Positions 1 to 8,772 of a stretch of DNA of 31,209 nucleotides are shown here, piece by piece. Below the pieces are notes generated by a model. That model saw only the letters and a list, made by a program, of their open reading frames with translations, did no database searches and was not told where the DNA came from. This DNA is from a virus (taxonomy: Duplodnaviria > Heunggongvirae > Uroviricota > Caudoviricetes), in IMG/VR virus record IMGVR_UViG_3300029719_000311, positions 1 through 31,209 of that record; one strand, given 5' to 3'. Numbering within the stretch: position 1 is the stretch's first letter; the number at the start of each line of letters is the position of its first letter. A program made the position numbers and the translations under genes.

Positions 1-1254
1 ATGCTGGAACAAATGGGCATTGCCGCGAAGCAAGCCTCGTATAAATTAGCGCAACTCTCCAGCCGCGAAAAAAATCGCGTGCTGGAAAAAATCGCCGATG
101 AACTGGAAGCACAAAGCGAAATCATCCTCAACGCTAACGCCCAGGATGTTGCTGACGCGCGAGCCAATGGCCTTAGCGAAGCGATGCTTGACCGTCTGGC
201 ACTGACGCCCGCACGGCTGAAAGGCATTGCCGACGATGTACGTCAGGTGTGCAACCTCGCCGATCCGGTGGGGCAGGTAATCGATGGCGGCGTACTGGAC
301 AGCGGCCTGCGTCTTGAGCGTCGTCGCGTACCGCTGGGGGTTATTGGCGTGATTTATGAAGCGCGCCCGAACGTGACGGTTGATGTCGCTTCGCTGTGCC
401 TGAAAACCGGTAATGCGGTGATCCTGCGCGGTGGCAAAGAAACGTGTCGCACTAACGCTGCAACGGTGGCGGTGATTCAGGACGCCCTGAAATCCTGCGG
501 CTTACCGGCGGGTGCCGTGCAGGCGATTGATAATCCTGACCGTGCGCTGGTCAGTGAAATGCTGCGTATGGATAAATACATCGACATGCTGATCCCGCGT
601 GGTGGCGCTGGTTTGCATAAACTGTGCCGTGAACAGTCGACAATCCCGGTGATCACAGGTGGTATAGGCGTATGCCATATTTACGTTGATGAAAGTGTAG
701 AGATCGCTGAAGCATTAAAAGTGATCGTCAACGCGAAAACTCAGCGTCCGAGCACATGTAATACGGTTGAAACGTTGCTGGTGAATAAAAACATCGCCGA
801 TAGCTTCCTGCCCGCATTAAGCAAACAAATGGCGGAAAGCGGCGTGACATTACACGCAGATGCAGCTGCACTGGCGCAGTTGCAGGCAGGCCCTGCGAAG
901 GTGGTTGCTGTTAAAGCCGAAGAGTATGACGATGAGTTTCTGTCATTAGATTTGAACGTCAAAATCGTCAGCGATCTTGACGATGCCATCGCCCATATTC
1001 GTGAACACGGCACACAACACTCCGATGCGATCCTGACCCGCGATATGCGCAACGCCCAGCGTTTTGTTAACGAAGTGGATTCGTCCGCTGTTTACGTTAA
1101 CGCCTCTACGCGTTTTACCGACGGCGGCCAGTTTGGTCTGGGTGCGGAAGTGGCGGTAAGCACACAAAAACTCCACGCGCGTGGCCCAATGGGGCTGGAA
1201 GCACTGACCACTTACAAGTGGATCGGCATTGGTGATTACACCATTCGTGCGTAA
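1..1254 (+). CDS. proA: gamma-glutamyl phosphate reductase ProA (complete, 417 aa)
   Basis: Full-length ORF whose translation I recognise as enterobacterial ProA; host-like GC-rich codon usage; followed directly by tRNA-Thr as in the proBA-thrW locus. Confidence 0.95.
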
Positions 1255-1368
1255 ATAAAACCGGGTGATGCAAAAGTAGCCATTTGATTCACAAGGCCAT
1301 TGACGCATCGCCCGGTTAGTTTTAACCTTGCCCACCGTGATTCACGTTCGTGAACATGTCCTTTCAGG

Positions 1369-1444
1369 GCCGATATAGCTCAGTTGGTAGAGCAGCGCAT
1401 TCGTAATGCGAAGGTCGTAGGTTCGACTCCTATTATCGGCACCA
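1369..1444 (+). tRNA. thrW: tRNA-Thr (anticodon CGT), thrW-like
   Basis: 76-nt sequence GCCGATATAGCTCAGTTGGTAGAGCAGCGCATTCGTAATGCG...GGTTCGACTCCTATTATCGGCACCA with cloverleaf features: acceptor stem GCCGATA/TATCGGC, anticodon loop TTCGTAA, T-loop GGTTCGA, 3' CCA. Confidence 0.95.
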
Positions 1445-1445
1445 T
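1399..1445. repeat. att core, left copy (3' part of thrW, anticodon loop to 3' end)
   Basis: 47 bp identical to 21863..21909; integrase gene starts 14 bp downstream. Confidence 0.85.
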
Positions 1446-1458
1446 TTAAATCAATAAG

Positions 1459-2622
1459 TTACACATCATTAGTACCTTCCTTATTTTTTGACTGGGACAA
1501 ATTTGGGACCGATGGGTTCAGGATCGAGTCTATTTGCCGTGCGTGTTCGGTAAGGTGATTAGGTGCAAGGTGAGCATATCGACGAACCATTTCGATAGAC
1601 TCCCAGCCTCCCATTTCCTGTAACACTGACAACGGGACTCCGGCTTGAACCAGCCAACTTGCCCAGGTGTGTCTCAAGTCGTGAAATCTGAAATCATCAA
1701 TACCAGCCCGTCTCAGCGCCGCTTTCCAGGCTGTGTTTGCGTCATACCGCATCTTCCTTACTGTTGGCGCTTTCGTTCCGTCTGGTTTGGTACAGCTTTC
1801 CTTGTACACAAATACCCAACGGTGATGATTCCCGATTTGTTTTTTCAATACGCGACATGCAGTATCATTCAGCGCAACGCCAATTGCGCGGTTTGATTTA
1901 CTCTCTTCCGGGTTTATCCATGCCACCCGGCGCTGCATATCTATTTGTTGCCATTCAAGGTTGATGATGTTCGAGCGTCTTAAGCCTGTTGCCAGTGCAA
2001 ATTCAACAACAGACTTTAATGGCTCCGGACATTCATCAATCAGCCTTTGTGCTTCATGGGGCTCCAGCCAGCGGATCCGTTTATTCTTTGGTTGAGGCAC
2101 TTTAATAATTGGTGCCTTATCCAGCATTTTCCATTCACGCTCTGCGGCTCTTAGTAGGGCCTTTATAAATGAAAGATGCGTAGCCTTCGTTGCAACGGAC
2201 GCTGGTTTTGGCGTGTATTCTGGAACAGGTTTCCCTTTTTTTCTGCATGCTTCTGCCCTGAGTTTCCAGTTTTCCTCATGACGCCGGTTCGTCATTTTCT
2301 GCATTGCTGAATAAATTTTTGATTCAGTAATGTCTCTTAGTTGCATTCCTGCGAAATGTTGAAGCCAGAATCCGATCCGGCTTTTGTCATCGTCCAGTGA
2401 TTTTTTATGTGCTTTCTCTTCAAGCCACCTGACACACGCTTCCTCGAACGTTATATCAGGTATTTCACCAAGTTTGCTGACCCGCCATGCTTCAGCCTTT
2501 AGCTTGTCATGGAGTTCTGTCGCCTGCCTTTTGTCCTTTGTTCCAAGAGACTGTTTAAATCTTTTACCGTTCGGCAATGTGAAACTGGCGTACCATATTT
2601 CACCTCTGCGGAAGAGTGACAT
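1459..2622 (-). CDS. int: Tyrosine integrase, P22 Int-like (387 aa)
   Basis: Translation [46 protein letters not shown]... ending ...[39 protein letters not shown] with tyrosine-recombinase R..H..R..Y pattern; adjacent to tRNA att site; P22 Int is known to target thrW. Confidence 0.95.
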   Translation of the reverse strand: MSLFRRGEIWYASFTLPNGKRFKQSLGTKDKRQATELHDKLKAEAWRVSKLGEIPDITFEEACVRWLEEKAHKKSLDDDKSRIGFWLQHFAGMQLRDITESKIYSAMQKMTNRRHEENWKLRAEACRKKGKPVPEYTPKPASVATKATHLSFIKALLRAAEREWKMLDKAPIIKVPQPKNKRIRWLEPHEAQRLIDECPEPLKSVVEFALATGLRRSNIINLEWQQIDMQRRVAWINPEESKSNRAIGVALNDTACRVLKKQIGNHHRWVFVYKESCTKPDGTKAPTVRKMRYDANTAWKAALRRAGIDDFRFHDLRHTWASWLVQAGVPLSVLQEMGGWESIEMVRRYAHLAPNHLTEHARQIDSILNPSVPNLSQSKNKEGTNDV

Positions 2623-2849
2623 TTTCTTTCCTCTGTTATGCCATCACCCGCGCTCACCTGGACAGTATGCAGCGGAGACTGAAGAGCCGCAATGCAGGCT
2701 TGTCGTGTTGTGAGGTAAGGAGATTTATTCTTAGTGGGATCTTTGCGTGTTGCCTGAAGACGCCCTGTGCGTATCCAGTTAATGGCAGTCGGTCTGGATA
2801 TCTTGAGAAAATGACAGGCCTCATCGAGTGTGAGGCTGTATGGCTCCAT
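2499..2849 (-). CDS. xis: Excisionase (Xis), 116 aa, overlapping the int 5' end
   Basis: Internal ATG of ORF 2499..2933 gives [31 protein letters not shown]... (excisionase-type HTH); position immediately upstream of and overlapping int; start overlaps stop of upstream ORF by 1 nt. Start codon choice uncertain. Confidence 0.65.
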   Translation of the reverse strand: MEPYSLTLDEACHFLKISRPTAINWIRTGRLQATRKDPTKNKSPYLTTRQACIAALQSPLHTVQVSAGDGITEERKCHSSAEVKYGTPVSHCRTVKDLNSLLEQRTKGRRQNSMTS

Positions 2850-3154
2850 TATTTCACCTCTTGCTGTGACATTGTTGAGAAATGGATACCAGCTCGTTGC
2901 TGCCAGACGATCCAACCGAGAGTCATATCCCATGCCATGTATTCGTTATCGCCGTTTTTTGCTCTCCGACGATCTACTAAGTCACCAAAACGCTTTTCCA
3001 TGAATAATTCATAAGCTTCGCGTTCATCTGGTTCTACTTCCAGAGATAGGAGTGCGATTTCATAAGCACGGCGCTCAATATCGTCTCGCACGTCAAGGCT
3101 GCTGATACGCTCTTTAATTTCTTTAATCAGTTCTTTGTCGGTAAAAGTGGTCAT
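2849..3154 (-). CDS. Hypothetical phage early protein (101 aa)
   Basis: ORF translationally coupled to neighbours on both sides (shared boundary bases at 2849 and 3154); acidic helical protein; function unknown. Confidence 0.5.
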   Translation of the reverse strand: MTTFTDKELIKEIKERISSLDVRDDIERRAYEIALLSLEVEPDEREAYELFMEKRFGDLVDRRRAKNGDNEYMAWDMTLGWIVWQQRAGIHFSTMSQQEVK

Positions 3155-3516
3155 TATGCTCCAGCCTCCGGTGCTTTTGGCATTACTGCCCAGTGAGTGA
3201 TATTGACGTTTTCAAGGTCCCCGACCTGAAATGTCCACTGCCATTCTCCGGTTTCTTTTTGTCCCCAGGTGTACCAGAGAGAACGCCAGCCAATTAGCCA
3301 GCCTTCTCCGTTAGCATCGAATAACAAAACACTTTCATTTGCTGGTGGCAGTTCAGTTGACACTGGTATTACTTTGTTTTCCTGTGCTGCACATTTAGCT
3401 TCAAGCGCATCGAATTTACGCACCAGGTATTCAGCATCCGTTTCATTCACTTTCAGATCTCGCGGTACACATCTCCCACGAAGAAACCCTTCCATTTCGA
3501 AAACATTCATGCGCAT
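3154..3516 (-). CDS. Hypothetical phage early protein (120 aa)
   Basis: ORF in the leftward early operon, overlaps HD-domain gene by 10 nt; Trp-rich C-terminus; function unknown. Confidence 0.5.
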   Translation of the reverse strand: MRMNVFEMEGFLRGRCVPRDLKVNETDAEYLVRKFDALEAKCAAQENKVIPVSTELPPANESVLLFDANGEGWLIGWRSLWYTWGQKETGEWQWTFQVGDLENVNITHWAVMPKAPEAGA

Positions 3517-4043
3517 TTGCGTAACTCCGATAATTCGTTAAAGCGTTCCATAAACATCCCGTAGGCATGGCCTGGAGCCAGTGGAATCACGTTGAACATC
3601 TCTGTTGCCGGGATACCTTCCAGCACAGGCCAGAAAGAGCCATCATCAAGCCCGAGATCGCGGCGTTCGGTTGCCAGCATAATGAGATCGGCATATTTCA
3701 CTGGCGTGCTCATAACAGGAGGTAACCCGTATTTCTCACGGATTACGGCGTCTATTTTTTCTTCCATCCGTTTATAGTCAGGAAGAAGTCGTTTCAGTGG
3801 TGCGGGGATGTCCTGGCAATATGCTTCTGTTGCATCATGCATTAAAGCTTCAAAAGCAAATTCCTGCGGCACCAGCTGGCTGCAAAGCACCGCATGTTGG
3901 GCGACACTGTAGAAGTGTGAAAGATGTCCTGCAAAGCGACAGATATTTGAAAGGGAAACCGCGATATCGTTAATAACGATGTCGTCTTTATTTATCCTGT
4001 CATAATAAAAATGCTTCCCGGAAAAAGTTTTAATAAATGACAT
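3507..4043 (-). CDS. HD-domain phosphohydrolase (YfdR-like), about 178 aa
   Basis: HD signature in ...HFYSVAQHAV... and ...ALMHDATEAY...; start chosen at second ATG (MSFIKTF) preceded by GGAGAA; the longer ORF could start at 4070. Confidence 0.7.
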   Translation of the reverse strand: MSFIKTFSGKHFYYDRINKDDIVINDIAVSLSNICRFAGHLSHFYSVAQHAVLCSQLVPQEFAFEALMHDATEAYCQDIPAPLKRLLPDYKRMEEKIDAVIREKYGLPPVMSTPVKYADLIMLATERRDLGLDDGSFWPVLEGIPATEMFNVIPLAPGHAYGMFMERFNELSELRKCA

Positions 4044-4099
4044 TTTGTTCTCCACGTATATGCGCTGCACCGCGCTGAATTCGGGTAAAAGGAAGCCCT

Positions 4100-4587
4100 C
4101 ACCGTCCGGCGATTATTGAGTCAATTACATTTCCATAAATGCCCCCGTAGGGGCGGTTAGTTTCTCCACAAAACAGAGAAGAACACCTGCGGTGGCAGCC
4201 GCCCGGATGGATTGGGTTATGAGCCCGTCGTCCGGTGATGCTCTTCTCTGTTTTGTAAAAAGGACGGTACCAGCCGGAAGCAAGGGTACAAACTGGTACC
4301 GCCAGGACTACACACAGCATAAAGTTGTGGTGCCGGGTGCCTCCCGGTGCCTGGCGAAGGTTGCACACCAGGCGGGTGGGTATCCACAGAAGGTCGACTG
4401 TCAGCCTCAACCTTAACCCGCGTGCGCTGAGCCGCATTCACCACAACGCTAAGGATTCTCTCTGGTTGAAAATACTTAGCTGTTATGTGCCTGCTTTTAG
4501 CCACATCAGGCGAGGTGGACCTAGTTATTCCCCAACAACAAGGATTCGGTTAATCTGGTTATCCCCAACAACGCAAAAGGAAAAGAA
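4100..4587. other. GC-rich non-coding segment with nested inverted repeats and two 16-bp direct repeats; candidate structured RNA or early-left regulatory region
   Basis: Perfect 15-bp inverted repeat ACAAAACAGAGAAGA (4168..4182 / 4242..4256) around a 59-nt GC-rich spacer; GGTACCAG/CTGGTACC inverted repeat (4266..4300); GCCCC..GGGGC hairpin (4141..4155); direct repeats GTTATYCCCCAACAAC at 4524..4540 and 4558..4572; track ORFs here overlap on both strands and lack RBS. Confidence 0.3.
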
Positions 4588-5022
4588 ATGTCCGGTAATA
4601 TCTATACGCTGTACAAATCCCACTGTGAAAATGTTGGAAAGTATCGGGGCATTGAAATCAGTGGGGTAGTGTCATCAGTCGAAATAAGCAAAGTTGAATC
4701 AAGGGCAACATTACTTACTCTTTTGGACCTTGTCTTACATGAGCACCGGAAGAAATTCGGCACTCCCTATAATCAGTTGAATGGGAAAAAGGCTCTGGTT
4801 CACCTTATTCTGATGAAGCATCACTGGATGCCAAAACAGATTAATGAGATGAAATTTGATGAACTTCTTCTTTCAATTCAGGATGAACTCACACTTGATA
4901 AAATAAGCGTAACCGCCCAGAAATTTTTAGATTATCGAGACTGGAGATCACAAATTCATCACTTTGATGATTTTGACGAAAATGAATGGGATCCTAATTT
5001 GTCTGCACAATATCTAAAGTAA
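4588..5022 (+). CDS. Hypothetical protein (144 aa), rightward gene at the sieB/N-equivalent position
   Basis: ATG preceded by AAAGGAAAAG; moderately AT-rich; orientation opposite to surrounding early-left genes; no recognisable motifs. Confidence 0.5.
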   Translation: MSGNIYTLYKSHCENVGKYRGIEISGVVSSVEISKVESRATLLTLLDLVLHEHRKKFGTPYNQLNGKKALVHLILMKHHWMPKQINEMKFDELLLSIQDELTLDKISVTAQKFLDYRDWRSQIHHFDDFDENEWDPNLSAQYLK

Positions 5023-5200
5023 CATCCTGTGATAAAACCGTGATTTCCTGATCCAGTTTTTTTAAGGAGTCTATTGTTTCCTGTCGATAAGACAGCACTT
5101 CACGAAGCTGGTTTATAGCTGCCAGCTTCTTTGTCATCCACTCATAAATTTCCTCATCTGTGTAGCCAGGCGCGACGATTTTGGGTTCTGTTTTGTGCAT
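4994..5200 (-). CDS. Hypothetical small protein (68 aa)
   Basis: Start at internal ATG (MHKTEPKIVAPGYTDEEIYEW...) preceded by AGGAG at 7-nt spacing; convergent with and overlapping the 3' end of the 144-aa gene. Confidence 0.4.
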   Translation of the reverse strand: MHKTEPKIVAPGYTDEEIYEWMTKKLAAINQLREVLSYRQETIDSLKKLDQEITVLSQDVTLDIVQTN

Positions 5201-5397
5201 TTCACATCTCCTCAAGTTATCAGTTACTTGTTGATGGGGACCAGATTGTTAAAGAGCTAAGCGTCCTGTAGGGCGCTTTTTTGTTGCTAACGAATCATCC
5301 TGGACTTCATATGCCCCAGGCGGCTACTTCGTGGGCGTCCTGCCTGTTCGTTGTTTCGCTTGGGTACATTATGTATCTCGAAGGTACATTGTCAAGT

Positions 5398-5422
5398 ATA
5401 AAAAAACCTGCCGAAGCAGGTT
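5398..5422 (-). terminator. Rho-independent terminator downstream of repressor gene
   Basis: Minus-strand hairpin AACCTGC-TTCG-GCAGGTT followed by a 7-T run, 13 bp after the repressor stop. Confidence 0.6.
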
Positions 5423-5434
5423 CATAAACATTGA

Positions 5435-6109
5435 TTAGGCTTTGATTTTGTATCTTCTTGGTTTTCCTGAGAAAATCACTGTACCAATTATAGAGCAATT
5501 ACCGTTGATCTTAATGTAAGGCTCAGGCCAGTTTGGGTTTAACGCTTTGAGATAACGCTGTGTCCCATCTTCTATCAACCTTTTGAAGGTGGTTTCGCCT
5601 GTATCGTGCATCAATGCAATAACGTCGTCACCGTGGCAGGCAGGTACTTCAGGATCGACAAAAATCATGTCTCCCGGGCGGTACTCATCAATCATTGAAT
5701 CACCTATCACCCGCAAGATATAAGTCATTTCCCCACAGGGTACAGGGCAGGGATACGTTTCTGCTGTGCTCAAATCAACCTCAGAATATCCAACTTCTTT
5801 CCATGCTCCGGCCTGTACCCATGATATGACAGGGACTAATGTGATTTGTTTATTAGTGATTGAAACATCAGGTTTTTTTGTGATGTTCGTTGTCTGGTGT
5901 TCTTGATCGAGCCATCCGACAGGCAGGTCGAAACATTTTTCGATGTGTCGTGCCATGCTGTCACCGATATTTTTAGTAGCACCATCTCCCATAAACCTGC
6001 TGGTCTGGGTTGGCTCGCGATCAATCATAGTGGCAAAGGAAGAATTCCCGCCAACACCATCTCTCAGTTTTCTGGCGTTAGACCGCCGGATGTCATGGAT
6101 TGTTTTCAT
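5435..6109 (-). CDS. Phage repressor, cI/C2-like (N-terminal HTH, C-terminal S24 LexA-type peptidase domain)
   Basis: C-terminal ...VIGDSMIDEYRPGDMIFVDPE... (S24 GDSM serine motif) plus a downstream Lys; divergent from cro-like gene with palindromic operators between them. Confidence 0.85.
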   Translation of the reverse strand: MKTIHDIRRSNARKLRDGVGGNSSFATMIDREPTQTSRFMGDGATKNIGDSMARHIEKCFDLPVGWLDQEHQTTNITKKPDVSITNKQITLVPVISWVQAGAWKEVGYSEVDLSTAETYPCPVPCGEMTYILRVIGDSMIDEYRPGDMIFVDPEVPACHGDDVIALMHDTGETTFKRLIEDGTQRYLKALNPNWPEPYIKINGNCSIIGTVIFSGKPRRYKIKA

Positions 6110-6123
6110 AACGAAATTAAAAC

Positions 6124-6194
6124 CCTTGTACCGTTAAGGTACAAGTATCTTGAAGGTTCATTTCAATCATGTAATATGTACACCGGAGGTACAT
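6124..6194. promoter_or_regulatory. OR-like operator region between repressor and cro-like gene
   Basis: 21-bp palindrome CTTGTACC-GTTAA-GGTACAAG (6124..6144) and second dyad ATGTAC-N8-GTACAT (6175..6194) overlapping the cro RBS; related GGTACATT sites downstream of cI at 5364..5395. Confidence 0.45.
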
Positions 6195-6199
6195 ATTGT

Positions 6200-6400
6200 A
6201 TGAAAGCGTATTGGGACTCTTTAACCAAAGAACAGCAGGGCGAGTTGGCCGGAAAAGTTGGCTCAACACCTGGCTACTTACGGCTGGTTTTCAATGGCTA
6301 TAAAAAAGCCAGTTTTGTGCTGGCTAAAAAACTTGAGCAATGCACGTCAGGTGCAATTACGAAATCTGACTTAAGACCGGATATCTATCCGAAAGATTAG
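6200..6400 (+). CDS. Cro-like HTH regulator (66 aa)
   Basis: ATG preceded by GGAGG; MKAYWDSLTKEQQGELAGKVGSTPGYLRLVFNG... HTH-like; divergent from repressor. Confidence 0.7.
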   Translation: MKAYWDSLTKEQQGELAGKVGSTPGYLRLVFNGYKKASFVLAKKLEQCTSGAITKSDLRPDIYPKD

Positions 6401-6431
6401 CAGAACACTTTCAATTTTTAACCACAGAACG

Positions 6432-6995
6432 ATGAGGCTAACCGTGGGTAAGCATCACTGGAAAATAGAAAAACAGCCTGAGTGGTACGTGAAAGCTGTC
6501 AGAAAAACTATCGCGGCGTTGCCGGGTGGTTACGCTGAAGCGGCTGACTGGCTCGATGTAACAGAAAACGCTTTATTCAACCGCCTTCGTGCAGATGGCG
6601 ATCAGATTTTCCCGCTGGGATGGGCAATGGTTTTACAGCGTGCTGGTGGCACTCACTTCATTGCTGATGCTGTGGCGCAGTCTGCAAATGGCGTCTTTGT
6701 GTCTCTTCCTGACGTCGAGGATGTGGACAACGCCGATATCAACCAACGCCTGCTGGAAGTCATTGAACAGATCGGCAGTTATTCAAAACAGATTCGTTCA
6801 GCAATTGAAGACGGTGTAGTGGAACCGCATGAGAAGACAGCAATTAACGATGAGCTGTACCTCTCAATTTCGAAGCTGCAGGAGCATGCAGCACTGGTCT
6901 ACAAAATCTTTTGCGTTTCAGAAAGTAGTGACGCCCGCGAGTGTGCAGCTCCGGGCGCCGTGGCGTGTCGTGACTGTGGAGAAACTAACGCATGA
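6432..6995 (+). CDS. Putative phage regulatory protein (CII/YdaT-like position), 187 aa
   Basis: ORF immediately downstream of cro-like gene; assignment by position only. Confidence 0.4.
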   Translation: MRLTVGKHHWKIEKQPEWYVKAVRKTIAALPGGYAEAADWLDVTENALFNRLRADGDQIFPLGWAMVLQRAGGTHFIADAVAQSANGVFVSLPDVEDVDNADINQRLLEVIEQIGSYSKQIRSAIEDGVVEPHEKTAINDELYLSISKLQEHAALVYKIFCVSESSDARECAAPGAVACRDCGETNA

Positions 6996-7330
6996 ACAGT
7001 TTAACAACACACTACCGTCGCTCGCAACTGATTGCGCTTCCTATACCGGGTGGAAAAGCGAAGGTGGAGTATTGCTATGCAGTAAATGTACCAGGTGACA
7101 GGGAAATTGTAACCCACAGCTTTGCAGAGTGGGCTGTGGGTGATTTCAACCGGCAGAAGGAGACAGTCCTTTGCGACAAGTTAACCGCTGGTTCAAAGAT
7201 CACTACGGAGTGCCCGTCAGAGTCATTCGTTGGGAGCCGGAAACACAACGGGTTATCTACCTCCGTGAAGGCTATGAGCATGAGTGCTTCAGCCCGCTCG
7301 AACAGTTTCGTTGTAAATTCAGGGAAATAG
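6992..7330 (+). CDS. Hypothetical protein, possibly frameshifted (112 aa as called)
   Basis: ATG overlaps upstream stop (ATGA) with GGAGA RBS; N-terminal half protein-like, C-terminal half low-complexity; an alternative frame 7171..7350 reads as a compact protein (see findings). Confidence 0.3.
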   Translation: MNSLTTHYRRSQLIALPIPGGKAKVEYCYAVNVPGDREIVTHSFAEWAVGDFNRQKETVLCDKLTAGSKITTECPSESFVGSRKHNGLSTSVKAMSMSASARSNSFVVNSGK

Positions 7331-7339
7331 AGGTCGGTC

Positions 7340-8281
7340 ATGAGCACTAAATTAACCGGCTATGTATGGGATGGTTGCGCTGCGTCAGGCATGAAATTAT
7401 CCAGCGTGGCAATTATGGCCCGCCTGGCTGATTTCAGTAATGACGAAGGTGTGTGCTGGCCATCAATTGAAACCATTGCCCGTCAGATTGGCGCGGGGAT
7501 GAGTACCGTCAGAACGGCTATCGCACGGCTGGAAGCAGAAGGCTGGTTAACGCGTAAGGCGCGTCGCCAGGGTAACCGCAATGCGTCGAATGTTTATCAG
7601 CTTAACGTTGCGAAGCTTCAGGCAGCGGCATTTTCTCAACTGTCAGATTCTGACCCGTCAAAATCTGACGCATCAAAATCTGACCCGTCAAAATTTGATG
7701 CGTCGAAATCTGGCAAAAAAGCGGGTTTTCACCCGTCAGAATCTGGCGGGGATCCGTCAGTAAAATCAAAACATGATCCGTCAGATAAAAAAACTTCTCG
7801 TCCGGACGCTTCGCAACCGGACACGCAGACGGCTGAACAGGAGTTTTTAACTCGCCATCCTGATGCGGTTGTATTCAGCCCTAAAAAGCGCCAGTGGGGA
7901 ACGCAGGATGATTTGACCTGCGCACAGTGGCTCTGGAAAAAAATCATCGCCCTGTACGAGCAGGCCGCCGAATGTGACGGCGAGGTGGTTCGTCCCAAAG
8001 AACCGAACTGGACAGCCTGGGCAAACGAAATTCGCCTGATGTGTGTGCAGGATGGTCGTACTCATAAACAAATCTGCGAGATGTACAGCCGCGTCAGTCG
8101 CGATCCGTTCTGGTGCCGTAACGTGCTCAGCCCGTCGAAGCTGCGGGAAAAATGGGATGAGCTTTCCCTGCGCTTATCGCCGTCCGTCAGCACGTACACC
8201 GAAAAACGCGAAGACCCGTACTTCAAAGCCAGTTACGACAACGTGGACTACAGCCAGATCCCGGCAGGATTCAGGGGGTGA
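7340..8281 (+). CDS. Replication initiation protein (lambda O-like role) with origin iterons inside the gene
   Basis: N-terminal winged-helix-like region; central DPSKSDASKSDPSKFDASKS repeats encoded by tandem 15-bp DNA repeats; position after cro/cII-like genes. Confidence 0.7.
   Translation: MSTKLTGYVWDGCAASGMKLSSVAIMARLADFSNDEGVCWPSIETIARQIGAGMSTVRTAIARLEAEGWLTRKARRQGNRNASNVYQLNVAKLQAAAFSQLSDSDPSKSDASKSDPSKFDASKSGKKAGFHPSESGGDPSVKSKHDPSDKKTSRPDASQPDTQTAEQEFLTRHPDAVVFSPKKRQWGTQDDLTCAQWLWKKIIALYEQAAECDGEVVRPKEPNWTAWANEIRLMCVQDGRTHKQICEMYSRVSRDPFWCRNVLSPSKLREKWDELSLRLSPSVSTYTEKREDPYFKASYDNVDYSQIPAGFRG
7640..7793. repeat. Candidate replication origin iterons (5 tandem 15-bp repeats plus 3 spaced copies) with adjacent A-rich tract
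   Basis: Repeats of CCGTCA(A/G)AATCTGA at 15-bp period 7640..7713, further copies at 7731, 7752 and 7777; within the replication initiator gene. Confidence 0.55.
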
Positions 8282-8772
8282 GCATGAGTCTTTTGAATGA
8301 CGTTCAGAAATTCATTGAAGCCCATCCGGGCTGTACTTCCGGAGATATTGCGGATGCTTTTGCCGGTTACTCACGGCAGCGCGTTCTGCAGTCAGCAAGC
8401 AAGTTACGTCAGAGTGGGCGTGTGGCTCACCGTTGTGAAGGAGATACACGCAGACATTTCCCGCGCCTGACTGAGAGAGCGCAGGAACCGGAACCACAAC
8501 CAGTTCGTGAAACCAGACCTGTGCGCAATTTCTATGTCGGCACTAACGATCCCCGTGTGATTTTGTGCCTGACCCGCCAGGCGGAAGAACTGGAGTCCAG
8601 GGGCTTATACCGTCGTGCTGCAACCGTGTGGATGGCGGCATTCCGTGAAAGCCACTCCCAGCCAGAACGAAACAATTTTCTGGCGCGTCGTGAGCGGTGC
8701 TTACGGAAAAGCAGCAAGCGCGCTGCATCGGGTGAAGAGTGGTATCTGTCAGGGAATTACGTGGGGGCTTAA
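8278..8772 (+). CDS. Hypothetical regulator (winged-helix N-terminus; PerC-like C-terminal region), 164 aa
   Basis: ATGA overlap with upstream gene; C-terminal ...EELESRGLYRRAATVWMAAF... resembles PerC-type prophage regulators from memory; low certainty. Confidence 0.4.
   Translation: MSMSLLNDVQKFIEAHPGCTSGDIADAFAGYSRQRVLQSASKLRQSGRVAHRCEGDTRRHFPRLTERAQEPEPQPVRETRPVRNFYVGTNDPRVILCLTRQAEELESRGLYRRAATVWMAAFRESHSQPERNNFLARRERCLRKSSKRAASGEEWYLSGNYVGA

Noticed and set aside
741-1335. Minus-strand ORFs (103 and 129 aa) inside or overlapping proA
   Set aside because: Antisense shadow ORFs within a well-supported housekeeping gene; no RBS and atypical composition
1645-2713. Plus-strand ORFs (75-109 aa) antisense to the integrase gene
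   Set aside because: Fully contained within int/xis on the opposite strand; low-complexity translations
4524-4572. Type III toxin-antitoxin (ToxI-like RNA repeats plus ToxN-like protein) for the direct repeats upstream of the 144-aa gene
   Set aside because: Only two repeat copies, and the 144-aa protein shows no resemblance to ToxN/AbiQ family sequences I can recall
4100-4587. Retron msr/msd hypothesis for the nested inverted repeats
   Set aside because: No reverse transcriptase gene adjacent (nearest RTs are about 23 kb away in a different element)
4099-4669. Four mutually overlapping ORFs (74-114 aa) in the GC-rich block
   Set aside because: Overlap on both strands, no RBS, Arg/Pro/Gly-rich translations; region treated as non-coding structured DNA/RNA instead
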